From: Chloroflexota bacterium | GTDB lineage: Bacteria; Chloroflexota; UBA11872 | NCBI GenBank assembly: GCA_022826485.1 | Contig: JAJDUU010000025.1 | Span: forward strand, 87,986-151,985 | Direction of reading: 5' to 3' | Length of the DNA: 64,000 nucleotides | Part shown: piece after piece, positions 38,916-48,144 of the stretch | How the letters are laid out: each line of letters begins with the position of its first letter | How positions within the stretch are numbered: position 1 is the first letter of the stretch | The notes under the pieces: model-generated | The model's input: the letters and a program-made list of their open reading frames with translations, nothing else | The model's database searches: none | What the model was told of the DNA's origin: nothing | Made by a program: the position numbers and the translations under genes

Positions 38916-39143
38916 ATGGTCCAGAGAGTCAGGGCCAGGTTTACGGATGGCGCCATTGTTCCCCTGGAACCGCTTGATGTCGCCGAAGGCCAGGAGTTCC
39001 TCATAACCGTGCAAGACTCGGAGCATGACGAGGCGGAGGCCGAGGATGCCGGACTGGCGCGGGCCATAGCCGAGGGTCTATCGACCAAACCTGTCAGCAA
39101 ACAGCGAGTCTTGGAGTCGCTGCAGGGCTGGGATGGAGCTTGA
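38916..39143 (+). CDS. Antitoxin, AF2212/DUF104-like
   Basis: VRARFTDGAIVPLEPLDVAEGQEFLITV N-terminus, acidic C-terminus, overlaps toxin start. Confidence 0.75.
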   Translation: MVQRVRARFTDGAIVPLEPLDVAEGQEFLITVQDSEHDEAEAEDAGLARAIAEGLSTKPVSKQRVLESLQGWDGA

Positions 39144-39402
39144 GTACCGGGCCAGCTTCGTTCGCGACCTGCGGCGTGTAGGCAACGCGGAGGTACGCCG
39201 CAGGGTCGAGCGGACTCTGGGGGATCTCGAAGCGGCGGCAACCATTTCCGACATCGCCGGCGTCGTCAGGCTCAGGTCGGCCACGGGGCGCTACTACCGG
39301 ATCAGGATTGGAGACTATCGCTTGGGCCTCGCGCTGGAGGGCGATGCGGTCATCCTCGTCAGATTTTTGCATCGGCGAGATATCTACCGCTTGTTTCCGT
39401 AA
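39133..39402 (+). CDS. RelE/ParE family toxin
   Basis: LEYRASFVRDLRRV...YYRIRIGDYRLG...VRFLHRRDIYRLFP. Confidence 0.9.
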   Translation: MELEYRASFVRDLRRVGNAEVRRRVERTLGDLEAAATISDIAGVVRLRSATGRYYRIRIGDYRLGLALEGDAVILVRFLHRRDIYRLFP

Positions 39403-39478
39403 GTCCCGTGCACGCGGAACGCGGATGCGCCGCTCGACAATCGGGTAAGCAGCGCGTTGTGGCCGTGCTTGCCTCTGC

Positions 39479-40288
39479 CTAACCCGCCCCGCCGTCCGTA
39501 ATCCGCGCGGCCCCCAACAGTTCCTTGCCGCGCTCCGATAGCTCATCGAACTGGGCGCTGGTCATCTCGACCCAGTGGCCGGAGTAGTACCAGGGGCGCG
39601 TGTAGACCAGGCATAGCTCTGGGCGCGCGTGGTCGGAGCGGTTGGGCGTGCCTCGATGCAGGGGGCGTGGGTCCTGCATCCAGATCGAGCCCTTCTTGAG
39701 GTTGAGTCGCCTGGGCCTGAAGTCTCCCGCCTCGAGCACGTCGTTGTAGCGGCCCTGCAGGCTGGGGTCGGCCAGATACTGCGTGCCCGGCAGGATCTCG
39801 AAACTGCCGTTCTCCTCGAAGGTGTCGACCAGCGGGATCTTGGCGCTCACGGTGTCGCAGGTCTGGGTGCCGATGTGCGGCGTCGTGAGCGCCATGTCGC
39901 GATGCCAGCGCTGATAGGTGCTGTCGGGGTAGGGGGTGTTCGACGTGTAGCCCGTCAGCTGATAGTCCGACACGCCCCAGTACCGATCCATGAACGCCAG
40001 CACGGTTGGGTGCTCGAAGATTGCGGGGTCGGAGAAGGGCATTGCCCAGGGCAGGTCGACCGTGTAGCGGTTGGGATAGCCAAGCCGGCCGCGGCCCGTG
40101 GCCAGGTCGCCCGAGAGCTCCCGGGAGTTCCGCGCGCGCACGGCTTCCAGCAGCGGCATGAAGGCCGCGTGGAGCGCATCCACCAGCTCAACCGGGATCG
40201 CGTTTTCGAGGACCGTGAACCCGTTGATCCGGTATTCGGCCACGCGCAGGTCCAGGTCGTCGTGTGGTGTGCTCATCGTGCGGCCCAT
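39479..40288 (-). CDS. PhyH-family Fe(II)/2OG dioxygenase
   Basis: YRINGFTVLENAI, QRWHRD, NGSFEILPGT, LHRGTPNRSDHARP. Confidence 0.88.
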   Translation of the reverse strand: MGRTMSTPHDDLDLRVAEYRINGFTVLENAIPVELVDALHAAFMPLLEAVRARNSRELSGDLATGRGRLGYPNRYTVDLPWAMPFSDPAIFEHPTVLAFMDRYWGVSDYQLTGYTSNTPYPDSTYQRWHRDMALTTPHIGTQTCDTVSAKIPLVDTFEENGSFEILPGTQYLADPSLQGRYNDVLEAGDFRPRRLNLKKGSIWMQDPRPLHRGTPNRSDHARPELCLVYTRPWYYSGHWVEMTSAQFDELSERGKELLGAARITDGGAG

Positions 40289-40326
40289 TCGCTCGCGCCG
40301 GATGCGGCGAGCTTAGCGCGCGGCGG

Positions 40327-41112
40327 CTACGTCGGGTCCGGCACCTCGAACAGGAAGCCCTCGATCTCGATGTTGAGCCCGGTCAAGTCGGGCGGCACGT
40401 CAAAGACGACGCTCACGTTCGCCTCTTGGCCGGCGGGCAGACTCTCCACCAGATAGAGCGGGCGGCCCCGCTCGATGTCGGGCACCATGCCCGTCAGCGC
40501 GTTCGTCCCCAGGTTGCTCACGGCAATCTCGCCACCGTCGGGGGTGAGCAGGACGATGTTGGCCTTGGCAATCGTGATGAACGCCGACGACCCGTTCTTG
40601 AAGTGGATGTTCACCAGCTTGAACGCGCCGTTCTTCGGCTTGAACGGCGAGCCGGTGAACTGCTTCAACTCGGCAAGGTTGGCCACCCCGACCAGGGTGA
40701 CTTCGAAGCCCGTGGCATCGACCAGCGTGTCGCCGGCCGTCGGCAGCCCGGTGCGAGACTCCGCCACTTGCTGCTCGACGTCTACGCGCGCCTTCGCTCG
40801 CTCCTCCGCCCAGATTCGCGCCGCTTCGGTGGCCGCGGGCGTCGCGGCGGCCGCCGTTTCGGTGGGCTCGTCGCGCGGTGCCGTTGCGGCTGCCGTGGTC
40901 GGCCGGGCGGCGGGCGTCGTGGCGGACGCCGTCCGAGCCACGGCCTGGGCGGCGACGGTGGGCGCCGGCGTGGCATCGGCCCGGTCCGCCTCCGCGCCGG
41001 GACCCTGCGCGAGCACGACCACAGCGACCACGACCGCGATCACCACGATCATCCCGACCAGCGCCAGGTAGAACTTCGGGACGCTGCGGATGTATCGAGC
41101 GATTGTGTCCAC
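40327..41112 (-). CDS. Membrane-anchored DUF4352-like Ig-fold protein
   Basis: N-terminal TM segment, Ala/Thr linker, FKLVNIHFKNGS..LPAGQEANVSVVFDVP; AAGGAG RBS before GTG 41112. Confidence 0.65.
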   Translation of the reverse strand: MDTIARYIRSVPKFYLALVGMIVVIAVVVAVVVLAQGPGAEADRADATPAPTVAAQAVARTASATTPAARPTTAAATAPRDEPTETAAAATPAATEAARIWAEERAKARVDVEQQVAESRTGLPTAGDTLVDATGFEVTLVGVANLAELKQFTGSPFKPKNGAFKLVNIHFKNGSSAFITIAKANIVLLTPDGGEIAVSNLGTNALTGMVPDIERGRPLYLVESLPAGQEANVSVVFDVPPDLTGLNIEIEGFLFEVPDPT

Positions 41113-41373
41113 CGTGCGATCTCCTTGACCCGCGCTCAAACTCAATTGCCCGGCGATGGACAACGCTTCCCGCGAACACGCCGGTGCGCGCGAGACATTG
41201 CCCATCACGAGGCCGGCGCCTGATTATGCCTGCCGGCGCCGAGGCACGGGGGCGCGCGATATCATCGGGCGCCTTCAGCAAGATGCGGCGTTTGGCCGGT
41301 AGCGTGTTCCTGCCGTGTCTCCAGCGCGATTTGATGGGCGGTTCCCCGTCGCACCGGACAGCGTCGTTTAGCC

Positions 41374-42615
41374 ATGCCGCTCGGCTTGCTGAAATACGGA
41401 CTGCGACCGCGCCGCTCGCCTGAACGGTTTCTCCCACCCCGGCCCGAGCTGAAGCGCGCCTACGACACCGTCATCATCGGCGGCGGTGGTCACGGACTCG
41501 CCGCGGCCTATTACCTGGCCGTCGACCACGGCATCACCGACGTCGCGGTGCTCGACAAGGGGTACCTCGGCGGCGGCAACACGGGCCGCAACACCGCCAT
41601 CGTGCGGGCCAACTACCTCACCGAGGACGGCGTGCGCTTTTACGCCGAGTCCCTGGACCTCTGGCGTGGGCTGAGCGGCGAGCTCGACTTCAATTTGCAG
41701 TACACCGAGCGCGGCCACCTCACGCTGGCCCACGCCGACTCAGCCATCCGCACCATGCGCTGGCGCGCCGAGGTCAACAAGCACCTCGGCGTCGATTCCG
41801 AGCTGATCTTCCCCGACGAGATCGCCAAGCTCGCGCCGGGGCTCGATCTCTCCATTGACGTGCGGCATCCGGTGCTGGCGGCGCTGTACCACCCGCCCGG
41901 CGCAACCGCCCGGCACGACGCGGTCGTGTGGGCCTACGCCGCGCGGGCCGCCGCGCACGGCGTCGAGCTGCACTCCGACACCGAGGTCACCGGCATTCAG
42001 GTCGAGAGCGGCCGCGTGACCGGCGTCGAGACCTCGCGCGGCACGATCAGCTGCAACCGCGTGCTGCAGGCGGTGGCCGGGCAAAGCTCGTTGGTCGCGG
42101 GCATGGCCGGTTTTCGCCTGCCGATCCACACGGTGCCGCTACAGGCCTGCGTCTCGCTGCCGCTCAAGCCCTGGCTCGATCCGATCGTGGTCTCCGGCAG
42201 CTTGCACGTCTATATCTGGCAATCGGCGCGCGGTGAAGTCGTCATCGGCGGCGCCACCGATCCCTACGGGCTCTACGCCAACCGCTCGTCGCTCGAGTTC
42301 GCCGAGGGCACGCTGCTGCCGGTGCTCGAGCTGTTTCCGTTCCTCGCCAACGTCAAGATGCTGCGCCAGTGGGCCGGCATGTGCGATATGACGCCCGACT
42401 TCAGCCCCGTGATGGGCGTCACTCCGGTGGAAAACCTCTACATCGACGCCGGCTGGGGCACCTGGGGCTTCAAGGCCACGCCGGTCTGCGGCAAGCGGAT
42501 GGCCGAGCTCATCGCCACCGGACGCACGCCGGACCTCTTGCAGCCGTTTCGGCTCAGTCGATTCGCCGAGTTCGAGCAGGTGGGCGAAAAGGGCGCGGCG
42601 TCGGTGGGGCACTAG
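41374..42615 (+). CDS. mgdA: N-methylglutamate dehydrogenase subunit A (sarcosine oxidase beta-like)
   Basis: IIGGGGHGLAAAYYLA, GGGNTGRNTAIVRANY, RQWAGMCDMTPDFSP, GWGTWGFKATP; operon context. Confidence 0.88.
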   Translation: MPLGLLKYGLRPRRSPERFLPPRPELKRAYDTVIIGGGGHGLAAAYYLAVDHGITDVAVLDKGYLGGGNTGRNTAIVRANYLTEDGVRFYAESLDLWRGLSGELDFNLQYTERGHLTLAHADSAIRTMRWRAEVNKHLGVDSELIFPDEIAKLAPGLDLSIDVRHPVLAALYHPPGATARHDAVVWAYAARAAAHGVELHSDTEVTGIQVESGRVTGVETSRGTISCNRVLQAVAGQSSLVAGMAGFRLPIHTVPLQACVSLPLKPWLDPIVVSGSLHVYIWQSARGEVVIGGATDPYGLYANRSSLEFAEGTLLPVLELFPFLANVKMLRQWAGMCDMTPDFSPVMGVTPVENLYIDAGWGTWGFKATPVCGKRMAELIATGRTPDLLQPFRLSRFAEFEQVGEKGAASVGH

Positions 42616-42623
42616 GTGCGCGC

Positions 42624-42908
42624 ATGAAGATCATGCCCTGCCCGCTCAACGGGCCGCGGAACATTCAGGAGTTCACCTGCGGCGGGGAGGTCGTTGCGCC
42701 GCCCGATCCCGACCGCGCCGACGCCGCAGCCTGGGCCGACTATCTCTTCCTGCACCACAACGCCGCCGGAATCGTGCGCGAATGGTGGTATCACGTGCCC
42801 ACGAGCTTCTGGTTCATCGCGGACCGGAACACGGTCACCGACGAGATCGTGCGCACGTTCCTGCCGCGCGAGCTCTTCGGCGCCGACGCGCGTCCGGACC
42901 ACCCGTGA
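42624..42908 (+). CDS. mgdB: N-methylglutamate dehydrogenase subunit B (sarcosine oxidase delta-like)
   Basis: MKIMPCPLNGPRNIQEF...REWWYHVPTSFWFIADRNTVTDEI. Confidence 0.88.
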   Translation: MKIMPCPLNGPRNIQEFTCGGEVVAPPDPDRADAAAWADYLFLHHNAAGIVREWWYHVPTSFWFIADRNTVTDEIVRTFLPRELFGADARPDHP

Positions 42909-45805
42909 TGCGTGAGCGCCTGTCGCCTCCCGCGGGCAGCCGCATCGACCGCTCCCGGCCCGTGGCGTTCGAGTTCGAAGGCCGCGCCTTCACCGGCTAC
43001 GCCGGCGACACCATTGCCAGCGCCCTGGCGGCGAACGGCGCGTGGTGCCTGTCGCGCTCGTTCAAGCTGCATCGCCCGCGCGGATCGTTCGGCTTCGCCG
43101 GTGACGAGGCCGGCGCCCTGGTCCAACTCGAATCCGAGCCAAACGTCCAGGCCGACACGCGCGCGGTCGAACCGGGCCTGCGAGTGCAGGCGCAAAACAC
43201 CGTCGGCGGCCTCGAGAGGGACCAGGCGGCGCTGCTGGGGCGCTTCGAGCGCTTCCTGCCCGTGGGGTTCTACTACAAGGCCTTCTACAAACCGCGCGGC
43301 GTCTGGAACTGGTGGGAGAAGATCATCCGCCGCACGGCCGGCCTCGGGCGGGTCGATCGAAGCTGGACGCCCGAATACTTCGACAAGGCATACGCACATT
43401 GCGACGTTGCGGTCATCGGCGGCGGCGCGGCGGGCCTGGCCGCCGCCGCCGCGTGCGGCGATCAGGGGCTCGACGTGCTGCTCATCGAGCGTGAGCCGGA
43501 GCTCGGCGGCTGGCTGACCTACGGTCGTCGGAAATCGGCGGACAGAACGCTCGATGACCTGCGCCGGCGCGTTCAAGCCCTGACATCCGTGCGGGTGATG
43601 ACGTCCGCCACCTGCACCGGCTGGTACGCCGACAACTGGCTCGCTGTTTCGCAGGGCAATCGCCTGCACAAGGTCCGCGCCAGGGCCGTCATCGCCTGCA
43701 CCGGCGGCACGAGCCAGCCGGCCGTGTTCCGCAACAACGATCTGCCGGGCATCGTGTCGGCGGCCGCGGCGCAGCGCCTGATCCGGCACTACGGGGTGCG
43801 GCCGGGTCTGCGCGCCGTGGTGCTCACGACCGGCGATGAGGGCTACGCCGCGGCGCTGGACCTGGCCGAGCACGGCACCGACGTGGCCGCCGTGGTCGAC
43901 TGCCGCCCGGACCCGCCGGCCGGCCCGATGGCGTCCCAAGCCGAGGCGCGCGGGCATCGGATTCTGTCCGGACACACCGTGCGCGAGGCCCGGCGCGACT
44001 CGCAGCGCTTGCAGATCGGCGGCGTGCTGGTGACGCGAGTCACCGGACCCGGCGCCTGCGCCGCCGACGGAGAAGAGCTCGACTGCGACCTGCTGGTCGT
44101 TGCGGCGGGCGTGGCGCCTGCGGGCGGACTGCTGGCCCAGGCAGGCGCGAAATTCCGGCCCAGCGGGCGCGGGGCCGTACCGCGTCTGGAGTCGCTGCCG
44201 GCTCACGCATACGCCGCGGGAGTCGCGGCGGGCGCATCCACGGTGGAAGAGGCCCTGGCGCAAGGCGAACAGGCCGGCCTGGCGGCCGCCGCGGACCTGT
44301 CCGGCTCCGCCGCCGCTGCCCCGGCGATCGCCGCTCGACCCGCTGCCGCTGAACCTACCGTGTCGTGGCCGGTGTTCCCGCACCCGGACGGCCACGAGTT
44401 CGTGGACCTCGACGAGGACGTGACCGTGCGCGAGATCGAGGACGCCCTGGCGGAGGGTTACGAGGACATCGAGCTCCTGAAGCGCTACTCAACCGTCGGC
44501 ATGGGCCCGAGCCAGGGCCGCCTGTCCGCCATCGCGACGGCCGCCGTGACGGCGGCGGCTCAGGACTCCACGGCGGCTGCCGTCGGCGCCACCACCAACC
44601 GGCCGCCGTCCGTTCCCACGCGATTCGGCCTGTTCGCGGGCCGCGGATTTCAGCCCGTGCGGCACACCCCCATGCAGGGCTGGCACGTCGACGCCGGCGC
44701 CCAGATGATGACCGCTGGCCTGTGGATGCGGCCGGCCTACTACGGGCCTCCCGAGAAGCGCGCGGACGCGATCGCCGACGAGGTCTTGGCCGTGCGTCGC
44801 GCCGTGGGCCTGATCGATGTCTCCACGCTCGGCGGGTTCGAGATTCGCGGGCCCGACGCGCTGGAGTTCCTCGAACGCGCCTATACCCCCTCGTTCCGTC
44901 GATTGCGGGTCGGCCGCACTCGCTACGCCCTGCTGACCGATGAGCAAGGGGTGGTGGTGGACGACGGCGTGGCGGCGAGACAGGGACCCGATCACTACTA
45001 CGTGACGGCCAGCACGTCCGGTGCGGAGCAGCTCTATCCCCTGCTGCTCTGGTACCAGGCGCAGTGGCAGCTCGACGTCGATATCGCCGACGTCACCTCG
45101 GCCTACGGCGCCATCAACATCGCCGGTCCCCAGGCCCGGCGCGTCCTGGAGAAGCTGGGAATCGACATCGGCCTGTCACCCGAGGCGTGCCCCTATCTCG
45201 CCGCGCGCACCGGGAAGCTGGCGGGTGTGGACGTGCGCCTGCTGCGGATCGGCTTCGTGGGAGAGCTGGGCTACGAGATCCACCCGCCCGCGTCGCAGAG
45301 CCTGGGGCTGTGGCAGGCGCTGATCGACGCCGGACGTGACTACGGCATCCGCCCGTTCGGCGTGGAGGCCCAGCGCGTCCTGCGGCTCGAAAAGGGCCAC
45401 GTGATCGTCACCCAGGACACCGACGGTCTCACCCACCCGCACGAGGTCGACCTGGGTTGGGCCCTGGGCCGCCGCAAGCCGTTCTTCGTCGGCAAGCGCT
45501 CGATCGAAATCCTGCGTGAGAAGGGCCTTTCGCGCCGGCTGGTTGGCTACGCCGTGCCCGACCGCCGCGCCGCCGTGCCCGACGAAGGTCACCTCGTGGT
45601 ACGGGATGGCGAAATCACCGGTCGCGTGACGTCGTCGGCCTGGTCGCCCGTCCTCGATCAAGCCATCGGGCTGGCCTACGTGGCGCCCGATCAGGCCGAG
45701 GTTGGAAGCGTCATCACGATCAAGGCGGCGCGGGGCCGGCTGGTCGAGGCCGAGGTCGTGCGGCTGCCGTTCTACGACCCCGAAAACCTCCGGCAGGCCA
45801 TCTAG
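42908..45805 (+). CDS. mgdC: N-methylglutamate dehydrogenase subunit C (sarcosine oxidase alpha-like)
   Basis: GDTIASAL, SRSFKLHRPRG, GFYYKAF, LLKRYSTVGMGPSQG, GcvT-like DVSTLG, LRLEKGH; ATG overlaps the mgdB stop. Confidence 0.9.
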   Translation: MRERLSPPAGSRIDRSRPVAFEFEGRAFTGYAGDTIASALAANGAWCLSRSFKLHRPRGSFGFAGDEAGALVQLESEPNVQADTRAVEPGLRVQAQNTVGGLERDQAALLGRFERFLPVGFYYKAFYKPRGVWNWWEKIIRRTAGLGRVDRSWTPEYFDKAYAHCDVAVIGGGAAGLAAAAACGDQGLDVLLIEREPELGGWLTYGRRKSADRTLDDLRRRVQALTSVRVMTSATCTGWYADNWLAVSQGNRLHKVRARAVIACTGGTSQPAVFRNNDLPGIVSAAAAQRLIRHYGVRPGLRAVVLTTGDEGYAAALDLAEHGTDVAAVVDCRPDPPAGPMASQAEARGHRILSGHTVREARRDSQRLQIGGVLVTRVTGPGACAADGEELDCDLLVVAAGVAPAGGLLAQAGAKFRPSGRGAVPRLESLPAHAYAAGVAAGASTVEEALAQGEQAGLAAAADLSGSAAAAPAIAARPAAAEPTVSWPVFPHPDGHEFVDLDEDVTVREIEDALAEGYEDIELLKRYSTVGMGPSQGRLSAIATAAVTAAAQDSTAAAVGATTNRPPSVPTRFGLFAGRGFQPVRHTPMQGWHVDAGAQMMTAGLWMRPAYYGPPEKRADAIADEVLAVRRAVGLIDVSTLGGFEIRGPDALEFLERAYTPSFRRLRVGRTRYALLTDEQGVVVDDGVAARQGPDHYYVTASTSGAEQLYPLLLWYQAQWQLDVDIADVTSAYGAINIAGPQARRVLEKLGIDIGLSPEACPYLAARTGKLAGVDVRLLRIGFVGELGYEIHPPASQSLGLWQALIDAGRDYGIRPFGVEAQRVLRLEKGHVIVTQDTDGLTHPHEVDLGWALGRRKPFFVGKRSIEILREKGLSRRLVGYAVPDRRAAVPDEGHLVVRDGEITGRVTSSAWSPVLDQAIGLAYVAPDQAEVGSVITIKAARGRLVEAEVVRLPFYDPENLRQAI

Positions 45806-45807
45806 CC

Positions 45808-46500
45808 ATGGTCTCCCCACGCAGCCCGATTCAAAACGCCTTGCAAGCCGCCGGTGCGGTATTCGGTGAGCATTCCGGCGTGACCGCCGTGACCGACTTC
45901 GGCGCTCCCATCGGGGAGGCCGCCGCGGCTCGACGGCTGGGCTTGGCCGATCTCTCGCCGCTGCCGCGCGTCGGTTTCCGGGGTCCCGGGGCCCGCGACT
46001 GGCTGACCGCGCAGGGCGTTGAGCTGCCGGACGAGCCCAATCAAGCTCGCACGCAAACAGACGGCGCGATCGCGATCACGCGCTCCTGGACCGAGGTGCT
46101 GGTGCTCGGGCGGATTCAAGAGGCCGACAGCCTTTGCGCCCGTCTGGCAGCGGGCGCGGCGGACGCCCACTGTGCCCGCGCCTATTCGCTGCCGCGGTTC
46201 GACGGGATGTTCTGGTTCGCGCTCACGGGCGCGTCGGCCGCCGACTGCCTGGCCAAGCTGTGCGGCGTGGACATGCGCGAGCCGGCCTTCCCCGTCGGTT
46301 CGGTTGCGCAGACGTCGCTCGCTCGACTCAATGCGGTCATCGTGCACGTTGACGTCGGCGAAGCGCCGTTGTTCCACCTGCTCGGCGACAGCGCCTCGGC
46401 CGACTACGCTTGGACCTCGCTCCTCGATGCGATGCAGGAGTTCGGCGGGAGGCCCGTGGGACTGCGGGTGCTGCACGCGCTGGCCCGTGAATTCAAGTAG
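45808..46500 (+). CDS. mgdD: N-methylglutamate dehydrogenase subunit D (sarcosine oxidase gamma-like)
   Basis: LADLSPLPRVGFRG, LAKLCGVDMR, VAQTSLAR, SASADYAWTSLLDAM. Confidence 0.85.
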   Translation: MVSPRSPIQNALQAAGAVFGEHSGVTAVTDFGAPIGEAAAARRLGLADLSPLPRVGFRGPGARDWLTAQGVELPDEPNQARTQTDGAIAITRSWTEVLVLGRIQEADSLCARLAAGAADAHCARAYSLPRFDGMFWFALTGASAADCLAKLCGVDMREPAFPVGSVAQTSLARLNAVIVHVDVGEAPLFHLLGDSASADYAWTSLLDAMQEFGGRPVGLRVLHALAREFK

Positions 46501-46556
46501 CATCGCGGGTTGCGCAACGGCCCATCCGGGCCACGGCTGATCGGGACCTTCGCCAC

Positions 46557-47456
46557 ATGTGCGGCATCGTTGGACTCTTCCTGAAGCAGGAATCGTTGGA
46601 GCCTACGCTGGGCGAGTGGCTCGAGCCGATGCTCGTCGCCATGGCCGATCGCGGCCCCGATAGCGCCGGCTTCGCCATCTATCACGATCCCGCCCCCGAC
46701 GGCGCGCTCAAGCTGACGCTCTATCACCCCGACGCCGGCTTCGACTGGGAAGCCGTCGCGGAAGGTCTCGGCACGGAGTTTGCCGGGAATGTCGAGTTGC
46801 ACGTGCGCGTGACGCATGCCGTGATCGTGATCAACGCCACGGAAGCCGAGGCGCGCGCCTGGCTGCGACGGCACTGCCCGGACGTGCGCATCACCAGCGT
46901 CGGCGCCGCAATCGAGATCTACAAGGAAAAGGGCCTTCCCGACGACGTGGCCGAGAGCTACGCCATACGCCACATGACCGGCTCGCACGCGTTGGCGCAC
47001 ACCCGCATGGCCACTGAAAGCGCCGTGACCACCGAGCACTCGCACCCGTTCTCGACCGGGCGCGACCTGTGCCTGGTGCACAACGGCTCGCTCTCGAACC
47101 ACAACCGGCTGCGCAGCGAGCTCGAGCGCCACGGCATGACCTTTCAGACCGACAACGACAGCGAGGTCGCCGCCGGCTATCTCACGCATCGCATGGCCGA
47201 GGGCGCATCGCTCGAAGAGGCGCTGGAATCGAGCCTGGACGACCTCGACGGTTTCTTCACGTTTGCCATCGGCACCCGCGACGGATTCGCCGTGCTCCGG
47301 GACGGCATCGCCTGCAAGCCGGCGGTGCTGGCCGAAACCGACCAGTGGGTGGCCATGGCGTCCGAGTACCGCTCCATCGCCCACCTGCCCGGCGCATCCA
47401 CCGCGCAGATCTGGGAGCCGGCCCCGGCGACGGTCTATGCCTGGTCGCGCAACTGA
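46557..47456 (+). CDS. mgsA: N-methylglutamate synthase subunit A (class II glutamine amidotransferase)
   Basis: MCGIVG, DRGPDSAG, HTRMATES, HNGSLSNH, NDSEVAAGY, RDGIACKPAV. Confidence 0.9.
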   Translation: MCGIVGLFLKQESLEPTLGEWLEPMLVAMADRGPDSAGFAIYHDPAPDGALKLTLYHPDAGFDWEAVAEGLGTEFAGNVELHVRVTHAVIVINATEAEARAWLRRHCPDVRITSVGAAIEIYKEKGLPDDVAESYAIRHMTGSHALAHTRMATESAVTTEHSHPFSTGRDLCLVHNGSLSNHNRLRSELERHGMTFQTDNDSEVAAGYLTHRMAEGASLEEALESSLDDLDGFFTFAIGTRDGFAVLRDGIACKPAVLAETDQWVAMASEYRSIAHLPGASTAQIWEPAPATVYAWSRN

Positions 47457-47460
47457 CCGG

Positions 47461-48144
47461 ATGATCACCGTCGATCTCAACGGCGTTGACATCCGCGAGT
47501 TGAATCAACGCCTCCACGATCTGAACGGCGACGACGGGCGGTCCCCGTGGCGCATCGTCGGACCCGATGGGCGGCACTCGATCGCCGTGGGGCTCAACGC
47601 GCCGTTGTCCGTGGTCGTCGAAGGCCACGTGGGCTACTACTGCGCCGGCATGAACAAGCTGGCGGACATCACCGTGAACGGCCACGCCGGTCCGGGTCTG
47701 GCCGAGAACATGATGTCCGGCACCGTGCGCGTCACCGGCAACGCCAGCCAGGGAGCCGGCGCCTCGGCGCACGGCGGCCTGCTGGTGATCGAGGGCGACG
47801 CCAGCTCCCGCTGTGGCATCTCGCTCAAGGGCGGCAACGTCGTCGTGGGCGGCTCGGTCGGGCATATGAGCGCGTTCATGGCGCAGGCGGGCCGCCTGGT
47901 CGTGTGCGGCGATGCCGGCGTGGGACTCGGCGACTCGATCTATGAGGCCGAACTCTACGTCGCGGGATCGGTCGCTGGGCTGGGCGCGGATTGCGTCGAG
48001 AAGGATGTGACCGACGACCACCGTTCCCGTCTCGCCGAGTTGCTGCGCCAGGCCGCGATTGATGCCGACGCCGGAGCGTTCCGCCGCTACGGCTCGGCCC
48101 GCACGCTCTATAACTTCCACGTCGACCACGCGGGGGCCTACTAG
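47461..48144 (+). CDS. mgsB: N-methylglutamate synthase subunit B (GXGXG domain)
   Basis: GHVGYYCAGMN, AENMMSG, RCGISLKG, SVGHMSAFMAQAG, SARTLYNF. Confidence 0.9.
   Translation: MITVDLNGVDIRELNQRLHDLNGDDGRSPWRIVGPDGRHSIAVGLNAPLSVVVEGHVGYYCAGMNKLADITVNGHAGPGLAENMMSGTVRVTGNASQGAGASAHGGLLVIEGDASSRCGISLKGGNVVVGGSVGHMSAFMAQAGRLVVCGDAGVGLGDSIYEAELYVAGSVAGLGADCVEKDVTDDHRSRLAELLRQAAIDADAGAFRRYGSARTLYNFHVDHAGAY

Noticed and set aside
41374-46500. Annotation as ordinary sarcosine oxidase soxBDAG
   Set aside because: Direct linkage to mgsABC and gmaS favours N-methylglutamate dehydrogenase, though only phylogeny can confirm.
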